A stretch of DNA of 64,000 nt from Azolla caroliniana (Eukaryota; Plantae; Polypodiophyta), in assembly GCA_043228905.1 (NCBI GenBank), contig JBHGNT010000020.1, positions 15,686,001 through 15,750,000 on the forward strand, written 5' to 3'. Below are positions 59,501 through 64,000 of this stretch, piece after piece. Numbering within the stretch: the first letter of the stretch is position 1; each line of letters starts with the position of its first letter. The position numbers and the translations under genes are program-made. A model generated the notes under the pieces. It saw only the letters and a program-made list of their open reading frames with translations. It was not told the DNA's origin and made no database searches.

Positions 59501-60675
59501 AAGGATTCGAGAAGAAAGGGAAGGAGCACCTGGTATGCCGGTTGAAGAAGAGCCTTTACGGACTGAAGCAGGCTCCCCGGCAATGGTACCGGAAGTTCGA
59601 CTCCTTCATGACCGACGAAGGGTACCTCAAAACGCAGTCTGACCACTGCGTGTTTGTGAAGAAGTTCGAAGGAGGAGACTTTCTAATACTCCTCCTGTAC
59701 GTGGACGACATGTTGATCGTCGGACGGGACCAGGTAAAGATACGGATGCTGAAGAAGGCTCTTCACCGAACCTTCTCAATGAAGGACCTGGGTCCGGCGA
59801 GGCAAATACTAGGGATGCACATCATCCGGGACCGGAAGAAGAAGCAGTTGTGGCTGTCACAGGAGAAGTACGTGACGAAGATGCTTCACCGGTTCAACAT
59901 GTCGGAAGCAAGACCGGTCGGATCGACCCTCCCGGCAAACTGCAAGCTGTCCAGCAAGCAATGTCCCAAGACAAAAGCTGAAAAGGAGGATATGATGAAA
60001 GTACCGTATGCCTCAGCCGTCGGGAGCTTGATGTACGCCATGGTGTGTACGAGACCGGATATAGGATATGCAGTCGGAGTGGTGAGCCGGTACATGAGCA
60101 ATCCCGGCAAAGAGCATAGGAACGCGGTCAAGTGGATACTCCGATACCTGAAGGGCACAGCGAATGTGTGCCTCCGATTCGGCTCCGGTAAGCCCGAACT
60201 CGACGGCTTCACCGATTCGGATATGTCGGCTGATGCAGATACCAGCCGGTCCACATCAGGGTATGTGATGACGTATGCAGGGGGAGCCGTTTCGTGGCAG
60301 TCGAGGCTGCAGAAGACGGTTGCGTTGTCAACCACGGAGGCGGAGTACATGGCAGCTGTTGAAGCCGGCAAGGAAGTAATATGGATGAAGGACTTCATTA
60401 GAGAGCTCGGTATCCGGCAGGAGGAGTACCGACTCTACTACGACAGTCAGAGTGCAATCCACCTTGCGAAGAACGCGGCCTATCACTCCCGGACGAAGCA
60501 CATCCAGCGAAGATATCACTGGATCCGGGAAAGGATAGAAGACAAGGAGTTCGTGCTGACGAAGGTCCACACGGACGAGAACGGGTCGGATATGCTGACC
60601 AAGGTGCTCACACCCGACAAGCTGGAAGCATGCCGGAAGAGGATCGGATTGGAGAGACATCCCATGCCGAAGTGA
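56599..60675 (+). CDS. copia D Gag-Pol polyprotein (~1358 aa)
   Basis: Open frame from ATG 56599 with all copia domains. The ORF-track extension from 56512 lies in the LTR and PBS. Confidence 0.94.
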   Translation: MEGGGSGQPGMMVLNAQNYADWKIKMEDLLIVRDLYEPIDRSEIPKGVLESEWKLLNRKAVATIQQYVDVSVLQHVANDTNAYEMWKKLSGLYERKNALNRTSLMRKIVNLKYRDGESMVEHVSTFMGFVNQLAAIKFPLEDAMQAIILMCTLPDSWENLVVTLSTSCTEDNLSLQTVKTSILNEEARRRDKEPASDSKALLTESERGRHWNRSPQRREKSGTRSQSRGRPICFHCGKPGHFRKNCRHYRKDNGADDADSKKSPERNGAYRGATDRRGPDRRGQDRKGTTALAASEEEIMLITEERELNLAGVEMTWVVDSGASFHLTPEKKYFSSYTAGEHGCVRMGNEGTCRIAGIGDVWLMTSTGCKMLLKDVRHVPEVRLNLISAGRLDDEGYTGSIRNGVMKFSKGSLIVARARKVNTLYLMNSRLCPEELNVAADTAGELWHKRLCHMSEKGMKRLVEDNLIPVKHVHLEKCTDCLAGKQNRTSFHSRPPTRRSAPLELVHTDVCQVETKSHGGAQYFVTFIDDHSRKLWTAPLKTKDQVLSVFRELHARVERESGKKLKAIRADNGGEYRGQFQEYCRSKGIRLEFTVPKTPELNGLAERMNRTIMERVRSMLAHAKLPKGFWAEAMSTATYVINRSPSVPLDGDTPQKVWTGKEVSYRHLKVFGCLTYVHVAKDRRGKLDPKTRPCIFLGYGDDEFGYRVWDPVDKKIFRSRDIIFMEDKTLADSESEKKMKSSKSTGEDKLYEEQSRPARDRLTLEDPAEDGEETEPAEEDENDTGTGPDPEMDSDEEEESEEPVTEAPERRYPLRERRAPRRFPEPEHVLLTDEGELESFEEAKHDTQSRRWLSAMQDEMDSLHENHTYELVELPKGKRALRNKWVFKLKPGDAGNPPRYKARIVVKGFQQKKGVDFDEIFAPVVKMTSIRTVLSIAASMDLEVEQMDVKTAFLHGDLEEEIYMQQPEGFEKKGKEHLVCRLKKSLYGLKQAPRQWYRKFDSFMTDEGYLKTQSDHCVFVKKFEGGDFLILLLYVDDMLIVGRDQVKIRMLKKALHRTFSMKDLGPARQILGMHIIRDRKKKQLWLSQEKYVTKMLHRFNMSEARPVGSTLPANCKLSSKQCPKTKAEKEDMMKVPYASAVGSLMYAMVCTRPDIGYAVGVVSRYMSNPGKEHRNAVKWILRYLKGTANVCLRFGSGKPELDGFTDSDMSADADTSRSTSGYVMTYAGGAVSWQSRLQKTVALSTTEAEYMAAVEAGKEVIWMKDFIRELGIRQEEYRLYYDSQSAIHLAKNAAYHSRTKHIQRRYHWIRERIEDKEFVLTKVHTDENGSDMLTKVLTPDKLEACRKRIGLERHPMPK

Positions 60676-61337
60676 AGGGGGAGTTTGTTGGGATTGCGGT
60701 CCCTCCGGATGGGATGTCCGGAGATGAATGACGGCAAGCCCGGAGACCGTTACGGAGCCGGATGATGAAGAGTACCCGGCTACGGAGCCGGATGATGAAG
60801 AGTACCCGGCTACGGAGCCGGATGATGAAGACCCCGGCTACGGAGCCGGATGATGTATGTACCCGGAGCGAGATCCGGATGCGGGGACATATTTGTGAAT
60901 ATGTTTGCCAAGGGCCCTTGAGGCTATATTTGTAAATAGCCCGAAAGTCATATGCGTATAAATATGACTTAGGGCAAACAGTTTTACTGTTGTTGCTCAT
61001 TTTCTGTTTTTCCACTTAGAGGGAGCGAAGTGAGAGCAGCCGAGAGAGAGAGAGAGAGAGAGAGAAACGAAGAGGTCGACGCCTCTGTGTAATACCGCCG
61101 CCTGTGGCGAGGACAGCGAGCTCAAGGTCGTCGCCTTGCAGCTCGCCATTGTATGTTCCAGTGTATAGTGGTAGTTGGAGTCGTGCACTCCCGTGGTTTT
61201 TCCCGTTTAGGGTTTTCCACGTTATACCCTGTGTATTCATCTCTCTGTGTCTTTGTTTTTATTTTTCTGCTGCATTGATCCGTGTTGTCTCGGTTGTGGC
61301 CGAGAGGCGAAAGATTTGATAGCGTCAATTCTTTACA

Positions 61338-64000
61338 GTTTGATATCGGATTTTTGTGTTCAAACATGCGTATTGAAACTCACAACGCTAGCTATGGTAA
61401 GCAATTAAAAAATCAAGATTTTGAAACTCAGGTCGAGAGACATGAAGAAATTAGCAAATTTGAGGATGGACTCGAGAAGAGCCTGTGAGTAAATCAAAAT
61501 GTTCATACCTGGCTCGTGTGATATCGGACTTTTGTGTTCAAACATTCAAATCGAAGCTAACAAAGCTAGCTATGATATGGAATGAAAAAATCAAGATTTT
61601 GAAACTCAGGTCGAGAGACATGAAGAAATTAGCAAATTTGAGGATGGACTCGAGAAGAGCCTGTCAGTAAATTAAAATGTTCATACCTGGGTCTTGTGAT
61701 ATCGGATTTTTGTGTTCAAACATGCGTATCGAAGCTAAGAATGCTAGCTATGTTATGGAATTAAAAAATCAAGATTTTGAAACTCAGGTCGAGAGACATG
61801 AAGAAATTAGCAAATTTAAGGAGGACATGAGAAAAACCTGTGAGTAAATTAAAATGTTCATACCTGGCTCATGTGATATTGGATGTTTGTGTTCAAACAT
61901 GCGAATTGAAGTTAACAAAGCTAGCTATGATATGGAATTAAAAAATCAAGATTTTGAAACTCAGATCGAGAGAGATGAAGAAATTAGAAAATTTGAGGAG
62001 GGAGTTGAGAAGAGTCCGTGAGTAAATTAAAATGTTCACACCTGGCTCGTGTGATATCGGATATTTGTGTTCATACATGCCGATCGAAGCTAACAACGCT
62101 AACTATGATATGGAATTAAAAATTCAAGATTTTGAAACTCAGGTCGAGAGACATGAAGAAATTAGCAAATTTGAGGAGGGACTTGGGAAGAGCCCGTGAG
62201 TAAATTAAAATGTTCATACCTGGTTCGTGGGATATCGGATTTTTGTGTTCAAACATGCGTATCGAATTAAAACATGAGAATTAAAAAATCAAGATTTTGA
62301 AACTCAGGTCAAGAGACATTAAGAAATTAGCAAATTTAAGCAAGAACTTCAGAAGAGCCGGTGAGTAAATTAAAATGTTCATACCTGGCTCGTGTGATAT
62401 CGGATATTTGTGTTCAAACATGCGTATTGAAACTCACAACGCTAGCTATGATAAACAATTCAAAAATCAAGATTTTGAAACTCAGGTCGAGAGACATGAA
62501 GAAATTAGCAAATTTGAGGATGGACTCGAGAAGAGCCTGTGAGTAAATTAAAATGTTCATACCTGGCTCGTGTGATATCGGATTTTTGTGTTCAAACATT
62601 CAAATCGAAGCTAACAAAGCTAGCTATGATATGGAATTAAAAAATCAAGATTTTGAAACTCAGATCAAGAGACATGAAGGAATTAGCAAATTTGAGGAGG
62701 GAGTTGAGAAGAGCCCGGAAGTAAATTAAAATGTTCATACGTGGCTCGTGTGATATCGGATTTTTGTGTTCAAACATGCAAATTGAAGCTAACAAAGCTA
62801 GCTATGATGTGGAATTAAAAAATCAAGATTTTGAAAGTCAGGTCAAGAGACATGAAGAAATTAGCAAATTTAAGCAAGAACTTCAGAAGAGCCGGTGAGT
62901 AAATTAAAATGTTCATACCTGGCTCGTGTGATAACGGATTTCTGTGTTCAAACATGTGTATCGAAGCTAACAGTGCTAGCTATGATATAGAATTAAAAAA
63001 TCAAGATTCTGAAACTCAGGTCGATAGACATGAAGAAATTACCAAATTTGAGGAGGCAGTTGAGAAGAGCCCGTGAGTAAATTAAAATGTTCATACCTGG
63101 CTCGTGTGATATCGGATTTCTGTGTTCAAACATGCGTATCGAAGCTAACAATGCTAGCTATGTTATGGAATTAAGAAATCAAGATTTTGAAACTCAGGTC
63201 GATAGACATGAAGGAATTAGCAAATTTGAGGAGGGAGTTGAGAAGAGCCCGTGAGTAAATTAAAATGGTCATACCTGGCTCGTGTGATATCGGATTTTTG
63301 TGTTCAAAGATGCGAATAGAATCTAACAACGCTAGGTATCTTATGGAATTAAAAAATAGAGATTTTGAAACTCAGGTCGAGAGACATGAAGAAATTAGCA
63401 AATTTGAGGAGGGAATCGATCAATATTTTGAAACTCAGGTCGAGAGACATGAAGAAATTAGCAAATTTAAGGAGGGAGTGGAGAAGAGCCGGTGAGTAAA
63501 TTAAAATGGTCATACCTTGCTCGTGTGATATCGGATGTTTGTGTTGAAACATGTGAATCGAAGCTAACAAAGCTAGCTATGATATGGAATTAAAAAATCA
63601 AGATTCTAAAACTCAGGTCGAGAGACATGAAGAAATTAGCAAATTTGAGGAGGGAGTTGAGAAGAGCCCGTGAGTAAATTAAAATGGTCATACCTGGCTC
63701 GTGTGATATCGGATTTCTGTGTTCAAACATGCGAATCGAAGCTAACAATTCTAGCTATGTTATGGAATTAAAAAATCAAGATTTTGAAACTCAGGTGGAG
63801 AGACATAAAGAAATTAGCAAATTTGAGAAGGAAATCGAGAAGAGCCCGTGAGTAAATTAAAATGTTCATACCTGGCTCGTGTGATATCAGATATTTGTGT
63901 TCAAACATGTGAATCGAAGCTAACAATGCTAGCTATGTTATGGAATTAAGAAATCAATATTTTGAAACTCAGGTCGAGAGACATGAAGGAATTAGCAAAT
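61338..64000 (+). repeat. 178-bp satellite, main subfamily
   Basis: Resumes in register after the TSD and is colinear with 3822-6306. Confidence 0.96.

Larger units (their letters stand above)
55916..61337 (+). mobile_element. Ty1/copia element D, inserted directly in satellite, very recent
   Basis: LTRs at 55916-56567 and 60686-61337 (652 bp, no mismatch seen). TSD GTTTG at 55911-55915 and 61338-61342. PBS 56571-56582. PPT 60673-60685. Confidence 0.97.

Overview
Plant centromeric/pericentromeric DNA. About half of the window is a head-to-tail ~178-bp satellite, in one orientation throughout (1-12257, 31876-42183, 47635-55915, 61338-64000). A ~19.6-kb non-satellite island (12258-31875) holds four nested retrotransposons: an old Ty1/copia remnant, a Ty3/gypsy element inserted in it, young copia A inserted in the gypsy gag, and young copia B inserted in A. 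The island also carries decayed TRS31/TRAPPC5 and ITPA gene fragments. Two more young copies of the same Tnt1/Tto1 (Tork)-like copia family (C, D) sit directly in satellite. All four young copies have 5-bp TSDs, a tRNA-Met PBS, a PPT and identical or near-identical LTR pairs, but each has a different LTR variant. Bases 1-6306 recur at 51910-64000, which reveals D's empty site, monomer indels and a short gene-conversion tract. The satellite forms discrete subfamily layers. The most novel-looking signals are a putatively centrophilic Tork-type copia family, a hairpin-repeat/unique-spacer array in the gypsy leader, and the duplication junction model. No intact host gene was found and the host species was not identified. 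All alignments and mismatch counts were done by eye.
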